Made by a program: the position numbers and the translations under genes
Part shown: positions 1 through 9,535 of the stretch, in pieces
How the letters are laid out: each line of letters opens with the position of its first letter
Numbering within the stretch: position 1 is the first letter of the stretch
Source of the DNA: an uncultured Candidatus Saccharibacteria bacterium
Lineage (GTDB): Bacteria > Patescibacteriota > 4484-211 > JAGQKX01
DNA: 62,633 nucleotides
Reading direction: 5' to 3'
Assembly (NCBI GenBank): GCA_964597265.1
Contig: CAZQWJ010000002.1
Location: 12,250 to 74,882 of the forward strand
The notes under the pieces: model-generated
Database searches by the model: none
Seen by the model: only the letters and a program-made list of their open reading frames with translations
Told to the model about the DNA's origin: nothing

Positions 1-24
1 GAAAAAAACTAATTACCTTTATTA

Positions 25-93
25 AGCGATTCCGCATACCTCACGCAAGGGAGAGGAGACACCATGGAGTAGCGTGAGGTATGCGGAATCGCT
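25..93. repeat. Perfect 22-bp inverted repeat (arms 25-46 and 72-93) with a 25-nt loop
   Basis: agcgattccgcatacctcacgc ... gcgtgaggtatgcggaatcgct read directly. The right arm overlaps the stop codon (92-94) of minus ORF 92..448. On the minus strand a U7 run follows about 16 nt after the stem. Confidence 0.85.
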
Positions 94-448
94 AGAGCAT
101 AACGACCAGTTGATAGTGATCGTTACGCATTGTTTGAGTAGTCGGTTCTGGGGCAGCAGAGGGTACCTCCGTCGGGATCACCTCTTCTGTATTTTCCTCA
201 AAGAACAACTGGGTCTCCTCATCTTGAGTTTGTTCTGTACCTTCTTCGTCAGTATCTTGAGGAGTTGGAGTCTGCTGCTGTTGAGTTGGTGTCACTGTTG
301 TATCGGTATCAGACTCATCATCGTAGTAAATAAGAAATAAGATAATTGCGAAGGCTAGGATAGCACCCAAAACCAGTCCCACCGAAATCCCTGAGTTTTC
401 GTTGTCCTGTCCACGCACTACTTGTTCTCGTATGTGTGTATCAGCCAT
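92..448 (-). CDS. Hypothetical small membrane protein with an acidic T/Q/E/D-rich tail
   Basis: 118-aa ORF with a strong SD (GGAGGTGA) 5-6 nt upstream of the ATG at 448. One hydrophobic segment (GISVGLVLGAILAFAIILFLIYY) is followed by low-complexity sequence. Confidence 0.6.
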   Translation of the reverse strand: MADTHIREQVVRGQDNENSGISVGLVLGAILAFAIILFLIYYDDESDTDTTVTPTQQQQTPTPQDTDEEGTEQTQDEETQLFFEENTEEVIPTEVPSAAPEPTTQTMRNDHYQLVVML

Positions 449-613
449 AATTATTCACCTCCCCAAGTAACTACTATAGTATTCAAATTAACCCTATAAA
501 TTAATAACCACATCACAGCTAGGTAAGAAAACGGTAAAGTATAATGTGGTTTTCTTACTATCCTCTCACCTTGTTTTTACTCTGCTTTTAATCGGAGCGC
601 ATAGACTGAACGA

Positions 614-829
614 ATGGATAATCTATCAATAGATACGTTAGTCAAAAACTATAGCCTTACTATTATTCTAACGTCGTTGTTTTTGATCAGCTGGATGGGT
701 CAAGCATATTTTCAATGGCACGAGTTTGAACAGGATGCTCAAGACCACAATACATCACCAGAAGACAGTGATGAAAAACTACAACAGTCATTGAACCGAA
801 TCGAAAAGAAAGTCGACCAGGCACGTTAG
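614..829 (+). CDS. Hypothetical small membrane protein
   Basis: 71-aa ORF with one TM-like segment (LTIILTSLFLISWMG). A TATAAT box lies at 540-545. SD is weak and no family was recognised. Confidence 0.4.
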   Translation: MDNLSIDTLVKNYSLTIILTSLFLISWMGQAYFQWHEFEQDAQDHNTSPEDSDEKLQQSLNRIEKKVDQAR

Positions 830-898
830 TAGAATGGCTTTGATCTAACCGTGCTAATGGAAGAGCAGTAATAAACACGTAAAGGGAGGTGAATAACT

Positions 899-1126
899 AT
901 GTATCACAAAATCTACGAACAGCCACAGATCCATATCCTATATTATGACGCTTCAGTGTTCTTCGATGATGTTGATGATGAATCACTCATCGAAGAGATG
1001 GAGATTCAGCGTGATCTCTATCGTGAAACAAAACGCGGAGTCGAAAGGAAAATTGATGACGCAGGAAAAACCATCAAAAAGATTACTGACCCGTTAACTG
1101 ATGGATCAGATGAGGATGATCGGTAA
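899..1126 (+). CDS. Hypothetical small acidic protein
   Basis: 75-aa ORF preceded by AAGGGAGGTGA 6 nt upstream of the ATG. No family recognised. Confidence 0.55.
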   Translation: MYHKIYEQPQIHILYYDASVFFDDVDDESLIEEMEIQRDLYRETKRGVERKIDDAGKTIKKITDPLTDGSDEDDR

Positions 1127-1187
1127 TAAACAAGATTCTGACAAACAACCAGCCTTCTACTAGTATACAATAGCGGTAGAACCTCAT

Positions 1188-3230
1188 ATGACACGAAGAA
1201 AAACAGAAAAAGAATTAATACTGCAATCAATACTCCCCACTATCCTAAACACAATAAGCGAAGGAGTTACCGTGCAAGACCATACAGGAGAAATAGTATA
1301 CGCCAACGACAGCGCTGCTACCAGACTAGGCTTGGCCTCCGGGGAAGAGCTCATGCGTATACCTATACAAGAACTTCATCAAAAACACCTAGATAGATTC
1401 AGAATGTTTGACGAGGAAGGCAATCCTGTGGTGTATGACCAGCTTCCAGCCCGACAGGTGTTCCGAGGTGAAGAGAGCCCTTCACTGCGGATTAAGTATG
1501 AGAACTCGGAAACTCAGGAAATCTCCTGGTCTAGCCTAACCGCGTATCCAATGTATGACTCAAAAGGCTCCATTCAGTATGTGATCAATGTCTTTACCGA
1601 TATTACCGAACGCAAGCATACAGAGCAGTTACTTAAGTTCAAAGCCGAAGTTGCTAAAATCTTTATCTCATCTGCCGATTTTTCCAAAACACTCAAAATG
1701 ATTGCGCAGTTAGCTATCGAATATGTAGCGGATTGGTCAGCTATAGATCTTTTGCAAGAGGATGCAACCATTACACCTCTCATTGTCTTACATAAAGATC
1801 CCTCAAAAATACCCCTGGCGCACCAGTTACACAAGATCACCCCCTCTACTCTTGACGATGATTATGGGGTTGGAAAAGTCATACGTACGGGCAAACCCGA
1901 ATTTATCCCAGAAATTACCCAAGAGATGTTACAAGCAAGTGCAACAAACGCTGAACACTATCAATTACTAACCGCAATCGGTTTTAGTTCTGCCATGATT
2001 ATCCCTCTGAATGTACGCGGTAAAACGATTGGCGCTTTGACATTTGCCTATGCCGAATCAGGCGAGCATTACTCACATACAGATCTCGAAATAGCAATCA
2101 TTCTAGGTCTGCGTGCATCGCTAGCAATAGAAAATTCATTTTTGTACGACGAGATCGAACAAGAGCGGCAGCGTTTTAAAGATATCATCCAAAACATCCC
2201 TGGAGTTGTTTGGGAATGGTGGGCTCAAGAAAACCAAGGAGAGAATCAAGTAAACTACGTAAGTAGCTATCTTACAGATCTGCTCGGTTACGACTCTTTG
2301 CAATTCGAAAGTCCTACCGATTTGTGGTTAACTATAGTCCACCCGCAGGATCATGAAAAAGCCACCAAAGACCTGGAAGACATATTCCTTTCAAAAGGAG
2401 CTGGAACAGTTTCGTTTCGCTGTATCAAGAAAAACGGGGGTATTATTTGGACTGAGACACACTGTTTAGCCATCCTCGACGAACAAGGTAATGCAATTGG
2501 AATGAGAGGAGTCATACTAGACATTACCGAACGCAAGGAACTTGAAAATAGAAAAACTGAATTTATCAGTCTTGCTAGCCACGAATTAAAAACGCCGTTG
2601 ACCAGCTTGAGAGTCTATGTCGAGTTACTCACTCACCAATTTAAGAAAAACAACGTCAAAAAATATGACAAATACCTCCAAAGAATTACAAAACAAGCTC
2701 ACAAATTAACATCCTTGGTTAATGACCTGCTTGATGTTTCCCGCATAGAAACAGGCAAATTGCAACTCAACCAAGAAGAAGTTCCGGATATTACCGAACT
2801 CATCCAAGAAGTAGTTGATACGTTTCAAGAAACGACTCAAACGCATACTATTCAAACCGATGGTCAATCTCGTCATAAGCTTCTGATTGATCCGGATCGC
2901 ATCAATCAGGTACTCGTCAATTTGTTGTCCAATGCGATTAAATATTCACCACAGGCAGACACAATTGTCGTGGGTATCCGAGATACAGAAAACGAGGTAG
3001 AGGTGTGGGTTAAAGACTTTGGTATTGGCATAGACAAACAAGATCAACCTTTTATCTTCAATCGATTCTACCGTGCTCGACAAGCCGATCAAGAAACCTT
3101 TCCCGGCCTAGGGATTGGCCTATATGTTTCTCAACAAATCATACAAAAACACGGTGGCTATTTTCAGCTTGCCAGCGAATTGGGTAAGGGTACGACATTT
3201 ACATTTGCCTTGCCTGCGCTCAAAACATGA
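1188..3230 (+). CDS. Soluble sensor histidine kinase (PAS-GAF-PAS-HisKA-HATPase_c)
   Basis: 680 aa with no TM segment. H-box SLASHELKTPLTSL; ATPase boxes LLSNAIKYSP, DFGIGI, GLGIGLYV. TDITERK linkers follow each PAS-like block. Confidence 0.9.
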   Translation: MTRRKTEKELILQSILPTILNTISEGVTVQDHTGEIVYANDSAATRLGLASGEELMRIPIQELHQKHLDRFRMFDEEGNPVVYDQLPARQVFRGEESPSLRIKYENSETQEISWSSLTAYPMYDSKGSIQYVINVFTDITERKHTEQLLKFKAEVAKIFISSADFSKTLKMIAQLAIEYVADWSAIDLLQEDATITPLIVLHKDPSKIPLAHQLHKITPSTLDDDYGVGKVIRTGKPEFIPEITQEMLQASATNAEHYQLLTAIGFSSAMIIPLNVRGKTIGALTFAYAESGEHYSHTDLEIAIILGLRASLAIENSFLYDEIEQERQRFKDIIQNIPGVVWEWWAQENQGENQVNYVSSYLTDLLGYDSLQFESPTDLWLTIVHPQDHEKATKDLEDIFLSKGAGTVSFRCIKKNGGIIWTETHCLAILDEQGNAIGMRGVILDITERKELENRKTEFISLASHELKTPLTSLRVYVELLTHQFKKNNVKKYDKYLQRITKQAHKLTSLVNDLLDVSRIETGKLQLNQEEVPDITELIQEVVDTFQETTQTHTIQTDGQSRHKLLIDPDRINQVLVNLLSNAIKYSPQADTIVVGIRDTENEVEVWVKDFGIGIDKQDQPFIFNRFYRARQADQETFPGLGIGLYVSQQIIQKHGGYFQLASELGKGTTFTFALPALKT

Positions 3231-3336
3231 CTTCTTGCCATTTCCTTACACGATGCCCATATTTCTTTCGCAGATATTTGGTACTTCTGAGTAGATACTA
3301 GGAGATATTTTTCTATAATATGTTTCCTTTTTGTGC

Positions 3337-3690
3337 ATGATTAGCGTATTAGTTGTTGACGACAATCCAGACATCCTCGAAGCTATAGCGATGGCACTGG
3401 AAGCTGAAAACTTTTCAGTTATTAAGACTACGCAGTGGGATCAAGTCCTTCCACTAGCTATTGAGTACGTGCCTGACGTTATTGTCATGGATGTATTCTT
3501 ATCTGGTATTGATGGCAGAGTATTGCTCGAATCCTTAAAGATAGAACCTCAAACAAAAAATGTACGTGTAATTATGATCTCAGCGTATCCCCATATCAAA
3601 GAGTCTGCGCTTAAGGGAAGGGCGGATTTTTTCTTAGAGAAACCTTTTAGTATCAATGCGTTGGTACAGGCAATCAGGAAAGTAGCTTAA
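3337..3690 (+). CDS. Stand-alone response-regulator receiver domain (CheY-like)
   Basis: Start set to the ATG at 3337; the ORF-track start at 3331 is TTG. Receiver motifs VLVVDDNPD, VIVMDVFL, LEKPF are present and there is no output domain. TATAAT at 3314-3319. Confidence 0.85.
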   Translation: MISVLVVDDNPDILEAIAMALEAENFSVIKTTQWDQVLPLAIEYVPDVIVMDVFLSGIDGRVLLESLKIEPQTKNVRVIMISAYPHIKESALKGRADFFLEKPFSINALVQAIRKVA

Positions 3691-4361
3691 GCACTAGTAT
3701 CGATTTTATAGCCGAATCCTCGAACTGTCTGAATAAGCTTATTCTTGGCACCCTTGTCGATTTTTTTACGCAAATACCCGATATAAACATCTACCACTCG
3801 AGACTCAATATCTGGGGAATAACTCCAAATACGGTTGAGAATCATATCTCTTTGTAAGACTTTTCCCTGATTTATCGCCAAATACTCAAGTAAGCGAAAT
3901 TCTTGTGGTGTCAGTGACACATTTTTGCCGTTACGAGTAACCATGAGTTTTTCAGTATCAATCTCTAGGTCATCGATCTTGATAACTATATCCTGCTGAT
4001 GATTTCTCAAACGAGCAGCAATACGTGCGATAAGTTCATCAGTATCAAAGGGCTTGGCAATGTAATCATCCGCTCCTAGGTTTAATCCGTCAACCATATC
4101 TTGGGTGGTGCCCTTGGCCGTGAGAATGATAACTGGTATATGCGGCCAGTTCTTTTTGCATTCTTTGCACACTGTCTCACCAGACATGGTGGGTAATCCT
4201 AAATCAAGTAGAATCAGATCTGGAGGGAGTGCTGCTATTTTGTTAAGAGCTTGTGGTCCATCCTCTGCCTCTACAACAAGATAGTAGTTTGTCTGCAGGA
4301 TCTCGCTCAGGCCCTGCCGAAGGTCTTTGTCGTCTTCGATAACTATAATCGTCTTAGCCAT
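3687..4361 (-). CDS. OmpR-family response regulator (receiver + winged-helix DNA-binding domain)
   Basis: 224 aa with IIVIEDD, LLDLGLP, AKPF, then LTPQEFRLLEYL...VDVYIGYLRKKI. Its stop overlaps the convergent 3337..3690 stop (TTAA). Confidence 0.9.
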   Translation of the reverse strand: MAKTIIVIEDDKDLRQGLSEILQTNYYLVVEAEDGPQALNKIAALPPDLILLDLGLPTMSGETVCKECKKNWPHIPVIILTAKGTTQDMVDGLNLGADDYIAKPFDTDELIARIAARLRNHQQDIVIKIDDLEIDTEKLMVTRNGKNVSLTPQEFRLLEYLAINQGKVLQRDMILNRIWSYSPDIESRVVDVYIGYLRKKIDKGAKNKLIQTVRGFGYKIDTSA

Positions 4362-4445
4362 AATTTAGTCCAATTACAAACGGCTCAATGCCTAATGTAC
4401 ACCCCTGTTACTCTATTCTACTACGTATATTAGTATGATTCACAA

Positions 4446-4477
4446 CGAAAAACCGCGGCTCTTACACCGCGGTTTTT
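4446..4477 (-). terminator. Rho-independent terminator after the GlsB-like gene (bidirectional shape)
   Basis: aaccgcgg-ctcttaca-ccgcggtt is an 8-bp GC-rich stem flanked by an A5 run (4446-4450) and a T5 run (4473-4477). It lies about 50 nt downstream of the stop at 4523. Confidence 0.7.
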
Positions 4478-4522
4478 CGCAGACGTTTTTAGTAATTACG
4501 TAGAAATCCTGTTTCAACAAAA

Positions 4523-4789
4523 TTATCGAGAACGTAACAGAGCTCTTCCTATGGCGATAACGACGATAGCACCTATCACGGAAACAACAAAACTATACAC
4601 AGTTATGCCATTGACTTGTTGAAACCCAAGAAGATCGGCCAACAGCCCTCCGATAATGGCACCTGAAATGCCTAACAAAATATCATCCATGGTACCTTGT
4701 GTACTATCGGTTCCCATTATCCTCGACCCGACCCAACCCACAAAGGCCCCGAACAATAACCATAAAGCAATTGAAAGTAATAATGACAT
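4523..4789 (-). CDS. GlsB/YeaQ/YmgE-family (transglycosylase-associated) small membrane protein
   Basis: 88 aa, three hydrophobic Gly-rich segments, SD AGAGGTGA upstream. Confidence 0.7.
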   Translation of the reverse strand: MSLLLSIALWLLFGAFVGWVGSRIMGTDSTQGTMDDILLGISGAIIGGLLADLLGFQQVNGITVYSFVVSVIGAIVVIAIGRALLRSR

Positions 4790-4913
4790 ATTCGATTCAC
4801 CTCTTTTCTACAACTTTAGAATAACTGCATGGCGTAAACATTCAATTAGTAACGAGTAAGAGAAATGTAATGATGTTTGCAGGTATAGACAGACGATAGC
4901 GTACATCCATACA

Positions 4914-5867
4914 ATGGTACATATCATGTCATTTATCTTGGGGTTTGCAAGTTCGCTTATTTTAATAATATTGTGGGGATGGTTTTATTACAACCGTGAC
5001 CCGCATCCTGAAAAAGTCAAACATATCATAACTGCAGCAGGGTTTGGGATAATTGCATTTTTTCTATCATTTATCTTGCTTGTACCCATCTCGTGGTTAT
5101 TTGATACATCGTTTGAGAGCATTGACGTATTTTTTCACAATGCCCATATCCTAACCGTTATTCTCTTAGCTGCGGCAGAAGAATTCAGTAAGTTGTTTGT
5201 CCTTCGGTATATTATCTTCAAAATCCGCGCTGTTGACGAACATATTGATGGAGTATTGTACGGCGGACTTTTGGGGTTGGGGTTTGCAACAATAGAAAAT
5301 TTCTTTTATGCACTCGAATTGGACGTAACGTCAGCCATTGTGAGGGCTTTACTCATACCACTGTTACATAGCGCTACTGGGGCGATTCTGGGCTTTTTTA
5401 TAATTGAAAAAAAGCTCAGGGACACTCCTGCACATCAACACAGCATTTGGTTAGCATTAGGCATCACAACGTTGTTCCATGGACTATATAACTATTTCCT
5501 TATCGTAACCGAAGTATTTCCATTGGCGATCTTATTGGTATTGTTGATGTGGGTAGGACTTCTGATAGCTGTCGGCTATGTGACTAATGTTTCCCGCAAA
5601 CGCGACTACCGCCAACATGCTCATACTCTTGTCGAAGATACGAGAGAAGCGCGCGAGGAAGGAAAAACATATTGCTTGTTGGGACTATTCTGCTCATTCC
5701 TTGCACTTCTATTGATTTTTCCTATCTTTTTGGGTCCACTTGGTTATATTCTGGGAATGGTCGGTGCCCAACAGGGCGCGGTAGTCTGGGGAATGCGTAC
5801 CAGACGTTTTGCTGTAGCAGCCACGTTAGTTGGCTTTTTGGCCAATACCGTTTTTCAAACTATCTGA
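4914..5867 (+). CDS. PrsW-like intramembrane protease with an extra C-terminal membrane extension
   Basis: 317-aa polytopic protein with EEFSK and LLHSATGA blocks resembling PrsW motifs. The family call is from memory. Confidence 0.6.
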   Translation: MVHIMSFILGFASSLILIILWGWFYYNRDPHPEKVKHIITAAGFGIIAFFLSFILLVPISWLFDTSFESIDVFFHNAHILTVILLAAAEEFSKLFVLRYIIFKIRAVDEHIDGVLYGGLLGLGFATIENFFYALELDVTSAIVRALLIPLLHSATGAILGFFIIEKKLRDTPAHQHSIWLALGITTLFHGLYNYFLIVTEVFPLAILLVLLMWVGLLIAVGYVTNVSRKRDYRQHAHTLVEDTREAREEGKTYCLLGLFCSFLALLLIFPIFLGPLGYILGMVGAQQGAVVWGMRTRRFAVAATLVGFLANTVFQTI

Positions 5868-5873
5868 ACATTC

Positions 5874-6284
5874 TTATCGTTTGGAGAATTGATGCGCGCG
5901 ACGGGCTTTGTGTAAATTGATCTTTTTGCGCTCAGTCATACGGGGATCTCTGGTCAGAAAATCTTTCTTGCGTAACAGTTTCCGGAGATCTTCATCATAT
6001 TTGACAAGTGCACGGGCAATTGCCAAAACAACTGCTTCTGCCTGCGCACTCTTACCGCCACCATGAGTCTTAATAGATACATCAAAACCATCTGCGCTCA
6101 CTCCTGCCTCTACAAATGGTTCTAGTATACGCTTGCGATCGTATTCACTGGGAAAGTATTCTTCAAAAGCCAAATCGTTGATTACAACACTGCCCTTGCC
6201 TTTCTCGATACGAGCACGGGCAATTGCTGTTTTTCTCCTACCTGACGCCCACAATATGTCATTTTTGGTCGAATTTTTTGCCAT
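5874..6284 (-). CDS. rpsI: 30S ribosomal protein S9
   Basis: 136 aa with GGGKSAQAEA and C-terminal KARRAHQFSKR. Immediately downstream of rplM. Confidence 0.95.
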   Translation of the reverse strand: MAKNSTKNDILWASGRRKTAIARARIEKGKGSVVINDLAFEEYFPSEYDRKRILEPFVEAGVSADGFDVSIKTHGGGKSAQAEAVVLAIARALVKYDEDLRKLLRKKDFLTRDPRMTERKKINLHKARRAHQFSKR

Positions 6285-6286
6285 AG

Positions 6287-6715
6287 TTATAATTCTAGTT
6301 TTTGCGGCTGTTGTCCGGCATGCGGATGTTCCTCACCCGTATAGATATACAGCTTCTGCATGATGACATCCTGTAAGCGGTTCTTGGGGAGCATACCACG
6401 AACCGCTCGCTCCAGCAAGCGCTCAGGGTACTTTTCTCGTGCCTCTGCGACATTTTGAGTCCTGATACCGCCAGGATAACCAGTGTGACGATAATATTGC
6501 TTATTTTGCTCTTTTTTGCCAGTAACCATAATCCGGTCAACATTGACCACTACCACATAATCACCCATGTCCCATTGTGGTGAATAATACGCCCGGTTTT
6601 TGCCGGATAGAATCTGAGCAATGGTGGATGCTGCACGGCCCAATACAACATCTTTGGCATCTACAAGATACCATTTCCTGGTTATTTCTTTTGGTTTTAC
6701 TGATGACATTTTCAT
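6287..6715 (-). CDS. rplM: 50S ribosomal protein L13
   Basis: 142 aa with the KWYLVDA N-terminal block. ATGA overlap with the rplQ stop. Confidence 0.95.
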   Translation of the reverse strand: MKMSSVKPKEITRKWYLVDAKDVVLGRAASTIAQILSGKNRAYYSPQWDMGDYVVVVNVDRIMVTGKKEQNKQYYRHTGYPGGIRTQNVAEAREKYPERLLERAVRGMLPKNRLQDVIMQKLYIYTGEEHPHAGQQPQKLEL

Positions 6716-7077
6716 GATTTTGGTTCGGTTACTAATTCTAGGACCGCCATCTCGGTACTATCTCCTTGTCTTTTGCCTAGTTTAACGATACGCGTATATC
6801 CACCATTCCTATCCTGAAATACCGGCCCGATCTCATCAAACAATTTATCCACTACTGTTTGGTCAAACAGTTTTCCACTAACTACCTGACGATGCGCTGG
6901 TGTATCGTCCTTAGCTTTGGTGATCAATTTTTCTGCGAACGGACGAATGTACTTCGCCTTAGGCAATGTCGTGGTAATTTTTCCATGCACAAACAGCCCT
7001 TGCAGGAGATTCTTTCTCAGGGCTTTCTTATGACCATGCGAACGACCAAATTTTTTAGTAACTACTCGTTTGCGCAT
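6712..7077 (-). CDS. rplQ: 50S ribosomal protein L17
   Basis: 121 aa with FGRSHGHKKALRKNL and GGYTRIVKL blocks. Follows rpoA. Confidence 0.95.
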   Translation of the reverse strand: MRKRVVTKKFGRSHGHKKALRKNLLQGLFVHGKITTTLPKAKYIRPFAEKLITKAKDDTPAHRQVVSGKLFDQTVVDKLFDEIGPVFQDRNGGYTRIVKLGKRQGDSTEMAVLELVTEPKS

Positions 7078-7123
7078 ATAGCTTTGGTAGAACTATGTTG
7101 CTCTGACAATAAACCGGAAATAA

Positions 7124-8059
7124 TTAGGCAGCTGATTCTTCCTCTTTTTGTTCAACTGCACGGCGGGCTTTCTCGAGGACGGTAACGGCAATCTTTGGAC
7201 CAACATTTTTGATTTCCAGCAGTCCTTCTTCACCGCGTTCTACCACATCTTCTGCCTTTTCTAACCCTGATTTGCGAAGCGTATTCAGCACTCGGGTAGG
7301 CAAGTCAAGTTCTTCCAAGTAGACTGATTTTTCCTGACGTAATGGTTCTTTCTTAACAGTTTTCTTTTCATTTTCAAGATGTTCAACCTGCGTACCCTGG
7401 GATACTAAGCCGAATTGTTCGACCAAAAGCGCGGCTGCTTGTTTGACAGCATCCTCTGGATCTATCGAACCGTCTGTATAGACTTCCAGAATCAACTTAT
7501 CCAAGTCAGTGAGTTTACCAACACGGGTGTTTTCGACAATGTAATTGACCCTTTCTACCGGAGAATAATTGGCATCAAGGAAAATAACCCCTACCTCAGC
7601 CTTTTTGTTATCTACCAAATGGTATCCACGACCATATTCGACCAATAATTCGAATGTCAGTCGAGCATTTTTGTCTGCAAGATTTGCGATCTCAAGATCA
7701 GTATTGACTACACTTATACCTGCAGGGCAATGGATATCTCCTGCGGTTACTACCCCTGGCCCCTTGATATCCAGAGTTACCAGTGTAGGTTGCTTCTTTT
7801 CCATCTTAAAAATAATCTGTTTGAGGTTGAGGATGAGCTGTACGACATCTTCCTTAACGCCAGGAATGGTGGTAAATTCATGCGTAGCACCGGCAAACTT
7901 GACCTGTGTAACTGCTGCACCATTTAAAGAACTCAATAACACACGACGTAGACTATTGCCGATAGTATGGCCATATCCCTTATCCAACGGTTCAATAATA
8001 ATCCGTCCGAAGTATTGGTTTTTGTCTTCTACTGTAAACTGTGTTTCTAGTAATGCCAT
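7124..8059 (-). CDS. rpoA: DNA-directed RNA polymerase alpha subunit
   Basis: 311 aa with NTD (GYGHTIGNSLRRVLLSS) and CTD (LDLPTRVLNTLRKSG). Canonical rpsD-rpoA-rplQ order. Confidence 0.95.
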   Translation of the reverse strand: MALLETQFTVEDKNQYFGRIIIEPLDKGYGHTIGNSLRRVLLSSLNGAAVTQVKFAGATHEFTTIPGVKEDVVQLILNLKQIIFKMEKKQPTLVTLDIKGPGVVTAGDIHCPAGISVVNTDLEIANLADKNARLTFELLVEYGRGYHLVDNKKAEVGVIFLDANYSPVERVNYIVENTRVGKLTDLDKLILEVYTDGSIDPEDAVKQAAALLVEQFGLVSQGTQVEHLENEKKTVKKEPLRQEKSVYLEELDLPTRVLNTLRKSGLEKAEDVVERGEEGLLEIKNVGPKIAVTVLEKARRAVEQKEEESAA

Positions 8060-8080
8060 ATCCTTGATAATATGTGTAGG

Positions 8081-8665
8081 CTAGCGCGAATAATACTCAA
8101 TAATCAGCGAAACGTCAACCTCTAAGTTCACATCTCCCAATGTCGGAAGTGCTTCTATCTTCCCAACAGGACCTTTTCTGGTCATCCAACTGGGCACTTC
8201 GCCCGAATAACCTTCTTTGAGATTGCTTTGAATATCCGGTAATTCGAGCGTTTTGGGAATAAGAGTAACCGTTTGCCCGGCTTTTACTTGATACGAAGGG
8301 ATGTTGACCTTTTTACCATCTACCAAAACGTGTCCGTGCGAAACCAACTGCCGCGCTTGAGAGCGAGTTCTCACGAAACCCAAACGGTACACGACATTAT
8401 CTAGCCGTGTTTCCAAAGTCTGCATGATGTATTCTTCAGTATTTCCTTCTCGACGCAATGCTTGCTCATAATAGCGACGAAACTGCTTTTCTAGCACACC
8501 ATAAATGAATCGCAGCTTTTGCTTCTCTTCTAGTCGTTTACCAAACTCTGACTGCTTTTTGCGCCTCCCTCTGGTTTGTTGTCCACCTCGAACGGGAGCT
8601 GGATCTTCCGATAACAGGCGGAACCGACGAAGATATTTTTTTTGTGGACCAGTATATCGTGCCAT
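8081..8665 (-). CDS. rpsD: 30S ribosomal protein S4
   Basis: 194 aa; MARYTGP start and S4 RNA-binding block RLDNVVYRLGF. Confidence 0.95.
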   Translation of the reverse strand: MARYTGPQKKYLRRFRLLSEDPAPVRGGQQTRGRRKKQSEFGKRLEEKQKLRFIYGVLEKQFRRYYEQALRREGNTEEYIMQTLETRLDNVVYRLGFVRTRSQARQLVSHGHVLVDGKKVNIPSYQVKAGQTVTLIPKTLELPDIQSNLKEGYSGEVPSWMTRKGPVGKIEALPTLGDVNLEVDVSLIIEYYSR

Positions 8666-8729
8666 AATAATGAGCTGTTAGTCATTAGTCGTTGACTATT
8701 AGCTTGATAGCTAACAACTAACAGCGATT

Positions 8730-9128
8730 CTAAACCTTTCTCCTCTTTCTAGGGCGGCAGCCATTATGAGGGATCGGTGTAATATCTGATATCGAACGTA
8801 TTTGTAATCCAGCAGCCTTGAGGGCTCTTACTGCAGCATCTCGCCCCATACCAGGGCCTTTGATAAACACATCCAGTGATTTCATACCTCGGGCGATAAT
8901 ATCCTCTGCCATCACCTTTACACTGGTGGTAGCGGCAAATGGGGTGGACTTGCGAGTGCCCTTAAAACCAGCAGTACCCGCACTTCCCCACGTAACAACA
9001 TCACCTTCCGGGCCAGTGATGGTAATGACGGTATTGTTAAACGTTGCCTGGATATATGCCCTGCCGTGTGGCGGTACAACTGACTTTTTTACTTTTTTTA
9101 CGTCTTGTCGTTTGGTCGCTTTTGCCAT
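8730..9128 (-). CDS. rpsK: 30S ribosomal protein S11
   Basis: 132 aa with FNNTVITITGPEGDV and PHNGCRPRKRR. Confidence 0.95.
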   Translation of the reverse strand: MAKATKRQDVKKVKKSVVPPHGRAYIQATFNNTVITITGPEGDVVTWGSAGTAGFKGTRKSTPFAATTSVKVMAEDIIARGMKSLDVFIKGPGMGRDAAVRALKAAGLQIRSISDITPIPHNGCRPRKRRKV

Positions 9129-9142
9129 AGATCAAATAAATT

Positions 9143-9532
9143 TTAGGTCTTAGAAACCGCCTTTCTTACGCTGACGCCCGAAACGGTCTTCTTACGACCT
9201 TTTCTAGTGCGCGCATTATGACGTGTCCGCTGACCTCTTACTGGGAGGCTTTTTTTGTGTCGGAGCCCTCGATAACTGCCTATCTCTATCAACCGTTTGA
9301 TATTATCACGTACTTCGCGTCGTAGTTCACCTTCTACCTTGATACTCTTTTCGATCACCTTACTGATTCTGCTCAAATCATCCTCTGACAGTTCGCTTGT
9401 TCTTAAGTTAGGATCGATCTGTGCTCGCATTACAATCTGCTCTGCAGATTTCAAACCAATACCTTCAATGTACCGGAGTGCATATACTATTTTTTTGTTG
9501 TCTGGTATGTCAATACCTATAATACGTGCCAT
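9143..9532 (-). CDS. rpsM: 30S ribosomal protein S13
   Basis: 129 aa with MARIIGIDIP and YRGLRH. Confidence 0.95.
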   Translation of the reverse strand: MARIIGIDIPDNKKIVYALRYIEGIGLKSAEQIVMRAQIDPNLRTSELSEDDLSRISKVIEKSIKVEGELRREVRDNIKRLIEIGSYRGLRHKKSLPVRGQRTRHNARTRKGRKKTVSGVSVRKAVSKT

Positions 9533-9535
9533 ATA

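Noticed and set aside
74-340. An 88-aa plus-strand ORF overlapping the minus-strand ORF 92..448.
   Set aside because: The minus-strand ORF has a strong GGAGGTGA SD and a coherent TM-plus-tail architecture. The plus ORF starts inside the 22-bp hairpin and has no signals.
523-558. A 10-bp inverted repeat (gtaagaaaac / gttttcttac) enclosing a perfect TATAAT upstream of ORF 614.
   Set aside because: It could be an operator over a promoter, but there is no -35 element, the downstream ORF is itself uncertain, and AT-rich palindromes are frequent in spacers. I kept it only as a note.
3687-3690. Overlapping convergent stop codons (TTAA) of the two response-regulator genes.
   Set aside because: This is a trivial consequence of tight packing. 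No structure or motif is associated with it.
6712-6715. A possible alternative genetic code with UGA read as Gly, as in some CPR lineages.
   Set aside because: UGA functions as a stop at sensible positions (rplQ ends at the ATGA overlap with rplM, and the PrsW-like gene ends in TGA). All conserved proteins translate full-length with the standard code.
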